From sequence record NC_061449.1: a DNA stretch of 64,000 nt. One strand, written 5' to 3'. A program made the translations under genes and the position numbers. How positions within the stretch are numbered: the stretch's first letter is position 1; the number at the start of each line of letters is the position of its first letter. Of this stretch, positions 19,001-27,148 are shown one piece after another. The notes under the pieces are model-generated. The model searched no databases. It saw nothing but the letters and a program-made list of their open reading frames with translations, and was not told where the DNA came from.

Positions 19001-19585
19001 AATGTTGACGAAACCTCTGTGGTAATCACTAACGGTTTCGTATCGCATAACAGTGACGTGCGTGTTCGTCTGGCCTCTCGTGCAGTACCTGAAGGTTGGC
19101 CGAAGCTCAAAGACGCGCCTGGCGTTGTTGGTGAGAAGTCTGTTACTGTTGAAGGTGGTACTGACCGCTATCGTTTCATCGCTGCTAAGACCATCAAGAA
19201 CAAGATGGGCGGCATCCCTAACCAGAGCACTTGGCTGCGTCTGTGGGAAGCTGATGGTAATGGTGAAGCGCGTGGTTTCGACCCAGTGTTCGATACGTGG
19301 CACTATCTGAAAGTTCTCGGCCTGATCAACGGTACTCGTAAGAACTTCAAGATCAAAGCGCCATGTCCTCTTGCATCCGAAGTCAAGATGGACTGGGATG
19401 ACTTCCGTACTCTTATCAACGGCAGCAAAGAACAAGTCGTTGCTGTCTGTAAGAAACTGAAAGTCAAACCTGCAGGTCTGCGTCTGTGGTGCTTCAAGTT
19501 TGTGCAGTCTGCCAAAGGCAAAGAAATGTTGAAAGCGTCTATCAGTAAGTCTGCGAAGTCTTCTGATGACGGTGACGACGAGTAA
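16010..19585 (+). CDS. uvsX: RecA/UvsX recombinase precursor, 1191 aa with two inteins; predicted mature protein about 497 aa
   Basis: ISTGVLALD..L.GG; Walker A GGEQSCKST; Walker B VIVDS; NQLR..P.VMFG|SPEYEPGGDALKFY|SDVRVRL reconstitutes the RecA signature after splicing. Confidence 0.9.
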   Translation: MAKTNNKAEKKAEKKAKVKASKSKDKAVASDDIGGVEVLGFDLGSMMDDVLDGIEKKTKVSSADAARHAPRISTGVLALDMYLDGGIVPGGWYTFSGGEQSCKSTMTMSIMASLIRLKYSGISVVFDYEGSTDAEYVAGQLKTFGVKVDPKTIFGVRDEDGSWIIKPKIRYYAPDNGERFFDYMSMLRRRLPDKIVEKDGSAYYLFENNKENAKKLAGKYDKKWFSRNNQFKVPAADGHMQAAVIVDSYPAMLPDQVDDDDGSKAMALQARMFSDGIKRFRGGMRRKMMTIVGVNQLRQKPAVMFGCLHGKTLVPFVDGRVLRMKDIVDNKIEGEVWSYNEDNRQIEPRRITAWHHNGNVEDQSHWMRIITQCPETANGQASVTVTPNHEILTDRGWKRADEITMTDRVVSKYTSVRTGSLAKFLNAVAVGDSSMVADSPNSGLLKFQDNNNPDYVLWKIGKLENHFEFESYSASHGGECYIARGSDFVAYSKQVPEREPWKVKFDDLSFAVFYMDDGTLKTDRKNALFSIKRFKGDTAALDSIHAMFAEHGFAVNYNPDDGCFWMNLNESDSFFQRIRKYVPDCMQYKLPAEHQGFYEEFELEGQEHVRPVYVPVIGIEPGSKKAFQMKGKYDITVDNNHNYMVGNSANGIIVHNSPEYEPGGDALKFYCFDRDTLIRTDHGVLTAPQIKELMEAGTEVRVESFDGYQKIQGAWKVDDAPFPIEMNAGGHTYIGSAEHRQFTFMYDWTAEGMMVLRPEWNTLDQLAKWPDKKGQYAGLRVPPVKELKQNVPDAFDEASQLVRNLLGNCDPVSVQLPLVTDGDTTYAANVLTIDMVGESTDVSDFSFWAKKLLDIGVYAYADESGLHMPGLNKYELTQAVEQYAEGEFVGLSFEATSRQRQTQMLTVIADVFPELTRYVLDYQLQTGDDKIYLAPEQDFAQALDLILHKQIEGYDDMYDLLMTQLAYVEDWFNFDNSILPVPFTLKALDKPVEFWDVNVDETSVVITNGFVSHNSDVRVRLASRAVPEGWPKLKDAPGVVGEKSVTVEGGTDRYRFIAAKTIKNKMGGIPNQSTWLRLWEADGNGEARGFDPVFDTWHYLKVLGLINGTRKNFKIKAPCPLASEVKMDWDDFRTLINGSKEQVVAVCKKLKVKPAGLRLWCFKFVQSAKGKEMLKASISKSAKSSDDGDDE
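16928..17977 (+). mobile_element. intein 1 (350 aa) with LAGLIDADG-type homing endonuclease
   Basis: N-terminal CLHGKT, block B VTPNH, block F YDITV, C-terminal IVHN followed by Ser; endonuclease motifs FLNAVAVGDS and AVFYMDDG. Confidence 0.9.
18020..19051 (+). mobile_element. intein 2 (344 aa); no recognisable LAGLIDADG motifs in its central insert
   Basis: N-terminal CFDRDT, block B GSAEH, block F FWDVNV, C-terminal VSHN followed by Ser. Confidence 0.85.
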
Positions 19586-19592
19586 TCAATTT

Positions 19593-19616
19593 GGGAGGGC
19601 TTCGGCTCTCCCTTTT
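19593..19616 (+). terminator. intrinsic terminator with UUCG loop
   Basis: GGGAGGGC-TTCG-GCTCTCCC-TTTT. Confidence 0.85.
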
Positions 19617-19634
19617 CCTGTGTAAGGAGAACCC

Positions 19635-20057
19635 ATGCGTACTCAAATCATCACTGCTGATATTGTCAATCTCGAAACCGTGACTGTTAATGAAGAAGAC
19701 GGTTCAGAGGTCCGCACACCGACAATCGTGCCCAACGTTGAAGGCGAAATGACTGTTGGTATTAACGAACTGATCAGCCTGTCTGACGGCATCAACGAGC
19801 ATCCTGACTCCGACTGTCGCCTGATCGTTATCGTGTCACCCGACGCTGTGCCTGTATTCTACAGCGAAGCGCTGGCAGACTACTTCGATCCAATTGAGCG
19901 CGTAGTTGATATCGAAGCCGGTAACATCGGTAGCATTACTGGTTTGCAGGTGATTCGTGGTCTGCAAGCAGAACATCCTTATGTTGCAGTCGTCGAAGTG
20001 CGTGACGCTGACACCGTAGAGATTCTGCGCTACAACGCGTCTGTAGTGAAACTGTAA
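19635..20057 (+). CDS. acidic hypothetical protein, 140 aa
   Basis: AAGGAG RBS. Confidence 0.8.
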   Translation: MRTQIITADIVNLETVTVNEEDGSEVRTPTIVPNVEGEMTVGINELISLSDGINEHPDSDCRLIVIVSPDAVPVFYSEALADYFDPIERVVDIEAGNIGSITGLQVIRGLQAEHPYVAVVEVRDADTVEILRYNASVVKL

Positions 20058-20122
20058 ATAAAGAGTGGGAGGCATACTCCCACATCTTCTCACTCGATAG
20101 GCCAACGTGCCAGGAGTAACTA

Positions 20123-20833
20123 ATGAATAAATATCATTTCGCTCATGTACCTAATCAGGACATGTTCTCGGGTTTAGTTCACGGTTCTTTTCACGCATTA
20201 CGTGCGCACGAACAGAACAACCCAAACAAACACCAACTCGCAGTCGTGTACGTCGATATAACCGCACATGCTGCAACGTCTGCGCTGTATGCTATTCTCA
20301 AGCGCTCACATATTCAAGGGATGTTGCCTACGGCCTACATTGATAATCACTCTGTTCGCGGCTTTACTGCTGCGCGTGAGTTCTCTGTGTTCCTGTCACC
20401 GAGTCTTAACTACGTCGATCAAAAACAACTCGGTGAGGACCTGCTTCGATTCTTCGATGCTGTGGAGAAGGCCTCTCAAAGCGGCAACTCTTTCATTGGT
20501 GTGTATACAACGTCCGAAAGTCTGAGTATCATCTCAAATCTGCGTGACGCCGCGTATGGACGCTATCTCAGCTCTGAATTTGGTCACACTTCTCTAGGTG
20601 CTGATGGAGTGCAGTCTAACCTTGCATTCAAAGACGCGTTTAATTTGATTAATGGTGTTGACCAGTTGCATGACAGTCCGTGTCAAACAGTCATACTCGG
20701 TGACGACTATCTCAATCTTAGTATGTCAGCGATAGGCACTCTCATTCGTATCTGCGAAGATGCAGGTAAGAAGTATGTTCTCGGACGTAATCTGCACCGC
20801 GAATACTTCATGAAGAAGATCTGTAAATACTGA
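20123..20833 (+). CDS. hypothetical protein, 236 aa; paralogue of 21999-22766
   Basis: AGGAG RBS; N-terminal similarity HxAxxP...F...V...H..RAxExN. Confidence 0.75.
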   Translation: MNKYHFAHVPNQDMFSGLVHGSFHALRAHEQNNPNKHQLAVVYVDITAHAATSALYAILKRSHIQGMLPTAYIDNHSVRGFTAAREFSVFLSPSLNYVDQKQLGEDLLRFFDAVEKASQSGNSFIGVYTTSESLSIISNLRDAAYGRYLSSEFGHTSLGADGVQSNLAFKDAFNLINGVDQLHDSPCQTVILGDDYLNLSMSAIGTLIRICEDAGKKYVLGRNLHREYFMKKICKY

Positions 20834-20881
20834 TCACCAACCGAACACAAATGCTGTGTGTAGTCTAGCCTGAATTGGGCA

Positions 20882-20915
20882 GGGGAGAGCCGGATGGCCT
20901 CCCCATTTTTTTTTT
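20882..20915 (+). terminator. intrinsic terminator
   Basis: GGGGAG(A)GCC-GGAT-GGCCTCCCC followed by A-T10. Confidence 0.85.
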
Positions 20916-20930
20916 GTCTGAGGGTTTTCT

Positions 20931-21953
20931 ATGTCTGAAAAAGCAACATTCGTCCAAGTGCATGAGGCCTACTTACAAGAGTCTGCCTCTCGCGGTGCAG
21001 CACGATCAAAGATAACCGATCACTTCACTACGTACCTGAAAAAGAACAACGGCAAGCTCCCTCCACTCGGAATCCCTATGGAAGAGTTTGTTCGTTGGGC
21101 CAATATGATCCCAACAGAAATCAATCCTGACATAGCCCGTCAGCTAATGTTTATTTCGTCAGCGACCTATACGCATTACGTTTGGTCTTTTACGAAAGCA
21201 TCGTTTGTAATTGAGAAGGAGCTGTGGCCACATCTGATTGATGGTGATGCACCTAAAGTGTTGCCGACCTCTACGCTGCGTCAATTACCTCACTGGTCGC
21301 AGTGGATCAATTGTGTGTTCACGCTTGAATACAAACACGCCACTACAGGTAACAGATACGAAATTGATATTGAAGGCTTCTGGGCAACCTACGTCAACTA
21401 CCAAGAGGCAACTCACCTGAGCTTGTCCTGCTTAGGTGTGTATAATGACGGCACAGGCAATCAAGTAATGTCGCTCTACATCATGTTCGACATTACCAAA
21501 GACATGGAACTGTCTGACGGTTTCGATTGGTTCATGCACCTTGTAGGCGCTAAAGGCGCAACGGGTGTTGACATTAATTCTGACAACGGCCATGAGGTCA
21601 ATGAGGCTGTCATGGCTCTCATGAAGCCTGTCGTTAACGTGCTGCTGTTTGTTGCATCGCAGGTAGACAACATCTATAAAGGAGGAATCAAATCACTCAA
21701 ACCCAGACGTAGCGGTAACAGTTACAAAATCATTCCTGTTCGTGATGTTCGTGAGTGGAATGTGGGTACAGAGTTGCTTAATGAAATTCGTACCTATGAA
21801 AGCGAAGTGAAATCTCATGAATCAAATGGTCGTCGTGCGCATATACGCAGAGGCCATCATCATAGTTATTGGTACGGACCTTTAAAGGGTGAGCGTGAGT
21901 TGAAGTCACGCTGGGTACCACCATGTGTTGTTCGCGGCACTATCGCAGAATAA
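20931..21953 (+). CDS. AcrVA2/FinQ-family protein, 340 aa
   Basis: PTS..RQLPHW, IEGFWATY, LLFVASQVDNIYKG, VGTELLNEIRTYES and RAHIRRGHHHSYWYG...RWVPPCVV are colinear with remembered AcrVA2 motifs (KGFWAIY, RPHIRRGHWHGYW). Confidence 0.75.
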   Translation: MSEKATFVQVHEAYLQESASRGAARSKITDHFTTYLKKNNGKLPPLGIPMEEFVRWANMIPTEINPDIARQLMFISSATYTHYVWSFTKASFVIEKELWPHLIDGDAPKVLPTSTLRQLPHWSQWINCVFTLEYKHATTGNRYEIDIEGFWATYVNYQEATHLSLSCLGVYNDGTGNQVMSLYIMFDITKDMELSDGFDWFMHLVGAKGATGVDINSDNGHEVNEAVMALMKPVVNVLLFVASQVDNIYKGGIKSLKPRRSGNSYKIIPVRDVREWNVGTELLNEIRTYESEVKSHESNGRRAHIRRGHHHSYWYGPLKGERELKSRWVPPCVVRGTIAE

Positions 21954-21998
21954 CTTTTATCTCAACTCCATGTATGGGCGTTATGCCCGGAGGCTATT

Positions 21999-22766
21999 AT
22001 GAAATCTCGTGTACAACATGCGTATATCCCTGATATGGGATCGTTTGACCCTTACGTCCGCTCTCTGTGCCATATGGCGCGAGCACTGGAAAATAATGGC
22101 CTGAACTACGGCAAGTCAAAGCCTGTCGTGATCATCGGCACTTCGAAACGCGTAGTTGAAGCCTATGTTAAGCAGTTACTCAACACAAACAATCTACCGC
22201 ACACTCTCATTTGCTTTGGCGTAGACGAACCTCCTGTCAGCCATCGTGACTACACCTACGCCGGTGCCCATGTTGTGCTGATGCACGATCTGACCTATGT
22301 TTGCAGCGACACAATGAACAAGGTTGCCACACGCGTTCTCGAAATCATCGACAGCCTGAAACAGAAAGAAGGTGATACTGACCTCAAAAACAGTGAGCTG
22401 TCTTTGGTTTACTCCAACCCACATTTGTGGTCTGCTATTCTTGACTACGGCGCTGCTTCGTTTATGAACATGGGTGGTCGTAACATCGAATACCGCAGCG
22501 GCTTGGTTTCATCTATCGGCCTCGACGCGTTAATGAAGTGCGAAAGCAATCAAGAATACCATGAGCTTCGAGCCGAAACTATTACGATCGGCCTGGAGTT
22601 CTTCTGCATACGTACAGACTACCTGCTGTCCAAGGTGCATAACCTGTTGTGGTCACTCGCGTGTGATGACTGCAAGTTCAAAAAGAACCATCGCATCATC
22701 TTCCACGAAGACTTCCGCCGCTTGTTCTTTGAAGAATACATTCTAAGGGACTTCAAGGGCTTTTAA
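21999..22766 (+). CDS. hypothetical protein, 255 aa; paralogue of 20123-20833
   Basis: GGAGG RBS; N-terminal similarity. Confidence 0.75.
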   Translation: MKSRVQHAYIPDMGSFDPYVRSLCHMARALENNGLNYGKSKPVVIIGTSKRVVEAYVKQLLNTNNLPHTLICFGVDEPPVSHRDYTYAGAHVVLMHDLTYVCSDTMNKVATRVLEIIDSLKQKEGDTDLKNSELSLVYSNPHLWSAILDYGAASFMNMGGRNIEYRSGLVSSIGLDALMKCESNQEYHELRAETITIGLEFFCIRTDYLLSKVHNLLWSLACDDCKFKKNHRIIFHEDFRRLFFEEYILRDFKGF

Positions 22767-22839
22767 GAATAATCTTAGCCCGCTATCTAATTTCTATATG
22801 TTGGCAAGTAGTGCTGACGTATCGTTATTGGAGAATAAC

Positions 22840-23100
22840 ATGTGCGGACGTAGCCTTCTACGGTTGAAGTACAACGCACGGTCCTCGAACTGGTGCAATA
22901 ATAAAGTAAACGCTTGTAGTGAGCGGAAGGCGAAGAATGTCCAGTGCGAACAATTCTTGGAAGCAACCAAAGATTGTCGCTCAGAGCAGAAGTCGTCAAG
23001 TGTAGTCTCTTTCTTCCGAGGCCATGAGCTAGTAGGTCAGGCGATATGGCATGAGATTGAGGGGGACAGCACACTTCAATTCCGGTTGCTGCTTGCTTAA
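22840..23100 (+). CDS. hypothetical Cys-rich ORF, possibly degenerate
   Basis: GGAGA RBS before ATG 22840; fills the gap between genes. Confidence 0.4.
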   Translation: MCGRSLLRLKYNARSSNWCNNKVNACSERKAKNVQCEQFLEATKDCRSEQKSSSVVSFFRGHELVGQAIWHEIEGDSTLQFRLLLA

Positions 23101-23104
23101 CGAT

Positions 23105-23140
23105 AAAAGGGCTTTCAGAGATGATCTGATGGCCCTTTTC
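23105..23140. terminator. hairpin flanked by A and T tracts
   Basis: AAAAGGGC...GCCCTTTTC. Confidence 0.6.
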
Positions 23141-23198
23141 TTATTCTAACGCTAATTTTCACCTGTCAATACACACAAACCGAACTCGGGGTACTCAT

Positions 23199-24839
23199 AT
23201 GTCTTTGGTTAAAATTCAAGGCGTACCATCAACTTCTGCTCCGTCTAAAGCGCAGAAAGATGCCGCCGTATATATGTTTGGCTCTAAGGGCCATTCAATT
23301 GTCGCAGTGCTCGACAAATTCAGTCGTGCAAAAGAGCTGCGTACCGCACACCTTGACGGTCTGCTCAAGCTGATGAAAGATGGTGAAGATGACGAGATCA
23401 TCAAATTCACCGCATCTGCTTTGGGTAAGAAAACCCTCGCTGCTGCTAAAGCGTTTGCTGTTGCGAAAACACTGACAGCATCTATCAAAGCGTTGAAGCT
23501 GATTCGCGTTCCTGTTAAGTGGATCGACGGTCACTCTGATGTTGCGGCTGCTCGCGCACAAGAAACCAAAGAGATTCGCGCACGTCGTACTGCGGGCAAC
23601 AAACCTGAGAAGCCGATTAAGCTCGATAACCCTGGCGCACCTGAAGCTACTACTGTAGACAACAAAGTGATCGACGCTAAGAAGGGTTCAGCGACGCCAG
23701 CCACAGATGAAGTGAGTGTAATTTCAAGCATTTCATACAACAAATCTATCGGCGTTAACTCTATTGTAATTCGCCGCTTCTTCCGTGGTCATGAAGTCAC
23801 AAGCTCTTTGATGTTCAGAAAAGGTGTCGGTGCACAAGCGACTCAACTCGGACTGTCCTCTCACGGTAACGGTCATGAGCAAGGTGCTGGTTTACTGGTC
23901 GAAGCGTTCAAAGCAACTGGTGTCAAGCCTGTTTGGTATTTGGCTGATGCTGGCGATGCTGCGTTCGATTTGGGTTCTGCTGCAAACGTGGCGAAAGTGT
24001 TTAAGTGGCTGCGAGCACGAAAAGTCGGTATGACCTTTGACGCAAAAGCGAAACTGCCTAAGTCTGGCAAAGTTCCTGCAGGTGCCTCTCGAATTGTTCG
24101 AAACGCTATCGGTAAACAGAAGCCAGCAACGGCGGACGAAATCAGCAAAATGACCTTTGAATTTGTTAAGAGCAAAAACACAGGCAAAGATTCTGTAGAG
24201 CTGAGTTTCAAACAACCTTCGAACGGTCATGAGTGGTCATTGAACCTGTCACGTCAAGGCGATTCTATTGCGAGCGAACACGACGGTACCTCTGGCTATC
24301 AGACCGCAGAATCATTCCTGCAACGCGGCGTCACTGCTATCGGTGGTACCCTTGTTTGGGAACATCAACAATCAGGCAGTGCGAGCTTCAAATTCGCAAG
24401 TGAAGATCAGGCCAAACAGTTTATTGCCTGGGCCAAGAAACAGAAAGCCCAAACAATCAACTTTAAGACTGAACCAAAACTCACAGTTGCTAAGAGCGCA
24501 GGATATACGCCGTCAGGTAAATCGGACGTGACGCTGGTGGATGAACTGGCAGAAGTGACCGCACGTAAGATCGCTGCGAAGCCGCTACAGGCGCGTGAGG
24601 AATATTTCAATGCGCTGCGTAATACTTTGCATTCTAACCTGCGTAACTCTGTGGTCAACACAACGTCCGACGGTGTTACCGTTGCACTTGGTAGCAAGCT
24701 GTACACGATCCGCCTGTCAGATAACGCGTGGACTATTCAGACTGGCGCTACTGGTAAGCAGAAAAAAGTCGGTGCAACGTTCGATATCGTTGACCTGCTG
24801 GGCATGATGGACAAGAGCATTCTGCGTCCTAAAGCATAA
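23199..24839 (+). CDS. Lys/Ala-rich hypothetical protein, 546 aa
   Basis: Long ORF with GGGG RBS and its own terminator. Confidence 0.85.
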   Translation: MSLVKIQGVPSTSAPSKAQKDAAVYMFGSKGHSIVAVLDKFSRAKELRTAHLDGLLKLMKDGEDDEIIKFTASALGKKTLAAAKAFAVAKTLTASIKALKLIRVPVKWIDGHSDVAAARAQETKEIRARRTAGNKPEKPIKLDNPGAPEATTVDNKVIDAKKGSATPATDEVSVISSISYNKSIGVNSIVIRRFFRGHEVTSSLMFRKGVGAQATQLGLSSHGNGHEQGAGLLVEAFKATGVKPVWYLADAGDAAFDLGSAANVAKVFKWLRARKVGMTFDAKAKLPKSGKVPAGASRIVRNAIGKQKPATADEISKMTFEFVKSKNTGKDSVELSFKQPSNGHEWSLNLSRQGDSIASEHDGTSGYQTAESFLQRGVTAIGGTLVWEHQQSGSASFKFASEDQAKQFIAWAKKQKAQTINFKTEPKLTVAKSAGYTPSGKSDVTLVDELAEVTARKIAAKPLQAREEYFNALRNTLHSNLRNSVVNTTSDGVTVALGSKLYTIRLSDNAWTIQTGATGKQKKVGATFDIVDLLGMMDKSILRPKA

Positions 24840-24841
24840 TC

Positions 24842-24870
24842 AAAAGGGGTAGCTTCGGCTGCCCCTTTTT
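24842..24870. terminator. intrinsic terminator with UUCG loop, closing the core region
   Basis: AAAAGGGGTAGC-TTCG-GCTGCCCCTTTTT. Confidence 0.9.
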
Positions 24871-24891
24871 ACGTCTAAATGCCATAAAAAT

Positions 24892-24921
24892 GACTTAACT
24901 CAAATCGAGACTTAACTCAAA
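24892..24921 (+). repeat. 13-bp direct repeat GACTTAACTCAAA x2, period 17
   Basis: Exact copies at 24892-24904 and 24909-24921. Confidence 0.8.
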
Positions 24922-24950
24922 CTCAGACGCCCTACGATCTGCGAAGTATG

Positions 24951-25002
24951 CAAATAACTGGACAAAATAGCTCTATACACGCATACGCGCCCTATGATAC
25001 AC
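24951..25002 (+). promoter_or_regulatory. early-type promoter P1
   Basis: AAATAACTGGACAAAATAG, then extended -10 TG-A-TACACT (24997-25002). Confidence 0.75.
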
Positions 25003-25056
25003 TATATGCAGACGCTACATGTCGTAGCGCATACAACTCATGCTAAGGGGCATACA

Positions 25057-25755
25057 ATGAAAGCAGCAGATTTTGACAAAGCATTCAACGCGAAAGACGA
25101 AGCAACCTTAAACGCATACGCCGACAAAATTGTTGCGGCGCTTAACGCTCTCGGTCGATATGACCTGAAACTTCAAATCATCTTCGGTACCGACCCGTAC
25201 GGCGAGTGTCCTGATTTTGTGAATGACCCGAACGGTCTGCGTGTCGTTCAGAACGGCGAAGAAATTTTCGATATCTACACGCCGACTGAAAAACAAGTTG
25301 AAGGCGATTCGTCAGATGTTTTCGTCTACGCTTCATTCTCTGGTGTTGAGGCCTCAAAGTGGGGCAAAGATGTTTCTGACAATGACGTGGCCGAAATCGC
25401 CGCTGACCTGAACGAAGAAATCGAACGTGTTGGCCGCGTGTTTAGTGAATCTGATCGCCCGATGTTGCAGCAAATCGCCGACGACCTGAACGCGAAAATG
25501 AAACGTACCGATGCCCGTGTGATTGTTACAGACGGCGCCGAAGATAATCTGATACTTATGGTTGTAGGTTATGAAGACGGTGAAGTCGGTGACGAGTTTG
25601 GTTTCTTCTTAGACCTGCCGTATACAGATGACGCAGGCGAAGACGAGAATTACGTTCTGCACTATGCCGGTTACCCTGATATGAACGACTACACGTTCCG
25701 CACTGTTGACATCGGCCAGCTTTCTGCTGCAATCGAAGAACTCGACCTGCTGTAA
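25057..25755 (+). CDS. very acidic protein, 232 aa
   Basis: AAGGGG RBS before ATG 25057; first gene after P1. Confidence 0.8.
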   Translation: MKAADFDKAFNAKDEATLNAYADKIVAALNALGRYDLKLQIIFGTDPYGECPDFVNDPNGLRVVQNGEEIFDIYTPTEKQVEGDSSDVFVYASFSGVEASKWGKDVSDNDVAEIAADLNEEIERVGRVFSESDRPMLQQIADDLNAKMKRTDARVIVTDGAEDNLILMVVGYEDGEVGDEFGFFLDLPYTDDAGEDENYVLHYAGYPDMNDYTFRTVDIGQLSAAIEELDLL

Positions 25756-25820
25756 TCGCTAACTAACATTAACTGCGGGGTTACGGCCCCGTCTACTTAC
25801 TTCTATAGAGAGACACGACC

Positions 25821-26441
25821 ATGACTATGCACATCACTACTTTCTTCGTAAAACGCTCTTACGCATCTCTGGCTGCTGGTTCATTCACTATCGCTTCTAA
25901 GCAAGTGCAAGAGCTTGTAGAGTCTGAGGTATTCATTGTGTATGCTAACACAGGCTTAGGTAACGCCTTCGCTTTACGCAACATCACTCTGACGCCTGTT
26001 GATGAAGCAAACGTGCGTGTTGAGTTCGACCCGCTGACCGACGTTCACGCAATGCCACCGTCAGTGTTGCCGAAAGACGTATTGACCGAAAGCACGCAGC
26101 AATACTATATGATGCCTGATGATGTTGCTCAGGCCCCTCGCTTCTGCGTATCTAATCACGCATCTGGCAACGAACCTAACATGTTGTGCTTGAACCATGA
26201 CGTGCGCGAGCGCCTGATTCAATATAAAGGCGGCATGATCAGTCTGACAGAGTTGGTGCTTGTGTTACATGATCAAGCTATTTCAGTGACTGACATTCAC
26301 CAGCACCGCCGCAACAAAGAGAAGTATGTGGCGCAAATCACTGAACGCACCTCACATGTTATCGAACTGTCGAAAGACAATGGTGTTAAGCAGCACGACA
26401 CAGACTTCCCGTTGCTTGCTCGCCTGAACGTGTATCTGTAA
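25821..26441 (+). CDS. hypothetical protein, 206 aa
   Basis: Complete ORF in operon. Confidence 0.75.
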   Translation: MTMHITTFFVKRSYASLAAGSFTIASKQVQELVESEVFIVYANTGLGNAFALRNITLTPVDEANVRVEFDPLTDVHAMPPSVLPKDVLTESTQQYYMMPDDVAQAPRFCVSNHASGNEPNMLCLNHDVRERLIQYKGGMISLTELVLVLHDQAISVTDIHQHRRNKEKYVAQITERTSHVIELSKDNGVKQHDTDFPLLARLNVYL

Positions 26442-26502
26442 ACAAACATCAGCGCCTTCTGACTGAGGGCGCATTCTCAAATTTGCTTCAAGGGGAAGCG
26501 CT

Positions 26503-26979
26503 ATGAGTAACAAACTTTTCGGCAATACACGTTATTTGATTATTACGGACAAAGAATTGCAGGCCGGTCTTACTGTTGTCGCTTCTCCAAAAGCAGATAC
26601 AGATACGATTGATGGTCTGCGTCTTATCGTCGTTTATCCAGGCACTATGGGGAAACCTGATGCTTACAGTGTGTGCGCTGTGGGGAAAGCGACGTTCACT
26701 TATTATCAACGTGTCTTGGGCGAGTATGACGAAAATCAACCTATCGATACTCACATTCATTTTAGCGATGTGCGTCAAATTGACTTGACTATGGCTCATA
26801 TCGACCGCGTAAAACGCTTTCGATACGGCGTACACACGACACATGAGGTCACCGATACTGTGATTACCCGCGCTGACAGAGTTACTACTTACGAAGATCT
26901 TTTCGTGCCTGTAGGTCAGGCATTGGACGCGTTCACTACCAAACAACTGCAAGACGAACTGACTCGTCGTTGCGCATAG
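26503..26979 (+). CDS. hypothetical protein, 158 aa
   Basis: AGGGGA RBS. Confidence 0.75.
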   Translation: MSNKLFGNTRYLIITDKELQAGLTVVASPKADTDTIDGLRLIVVYPGTMGKPDAYSVCAVGKATFTYYQRVLGEYDENQPIDTHIHFSDVRQIDLTMAHIDRVKRFRYGVHTTHEVTDTVITRADRVTTYEDLFVPVGQALDAFTTKQLQDELTRRCA

Positions 26980-26989
26980 GAGAATAAAA

Positions 26990-27070
26990 ATGAGCAACAA
27001 CACTAAAGGCAAGTACAACTGCGAAGAACTGCTGAACCTAGCCGCGAACAGTTGGTTGATGCTATTCTGA
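26990..27070 (+). CDS. small ORF, 26 aa (MSNNTKGKYNCEELLNLAANSWLMLF)
   Basis: Strong AGGAG RBS; absent from the ORF track because of its length. Confidence 0.45.
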   Translation: MSNNTKGKYNCEELLNLAANSWLMLF

Positions 27071-27148
27071 CTCGACCAACTATTTAATTCCTTAATGTAA
27101 AGGCAATATGCCTCGCAATATGTGAGGCTTTTCTATTTGGAGAATGTT

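Noticed and set aside
17483-19435. 650-aa minus-strand ORF
   Set aside because: Antisense shadow of the recA/intein gene; no RBS or motifs. Codon bias of the sense gene explains the lack of stops.
20905-20915. Homopolymer runs (T10 here, A9 at 5367) as phase-variation tracts
   Set aside because: Both are the U-tracts of intrinsic terminators in intergenic DNA.
1135-23159. CTAATTT(C/T) as another promoter motif (1135-1142 minus strand, 22787, 23152)
   Set aside because: Only three short AT-rich occurrences with inconsistent spacing to starts; not distinguishable from chance.
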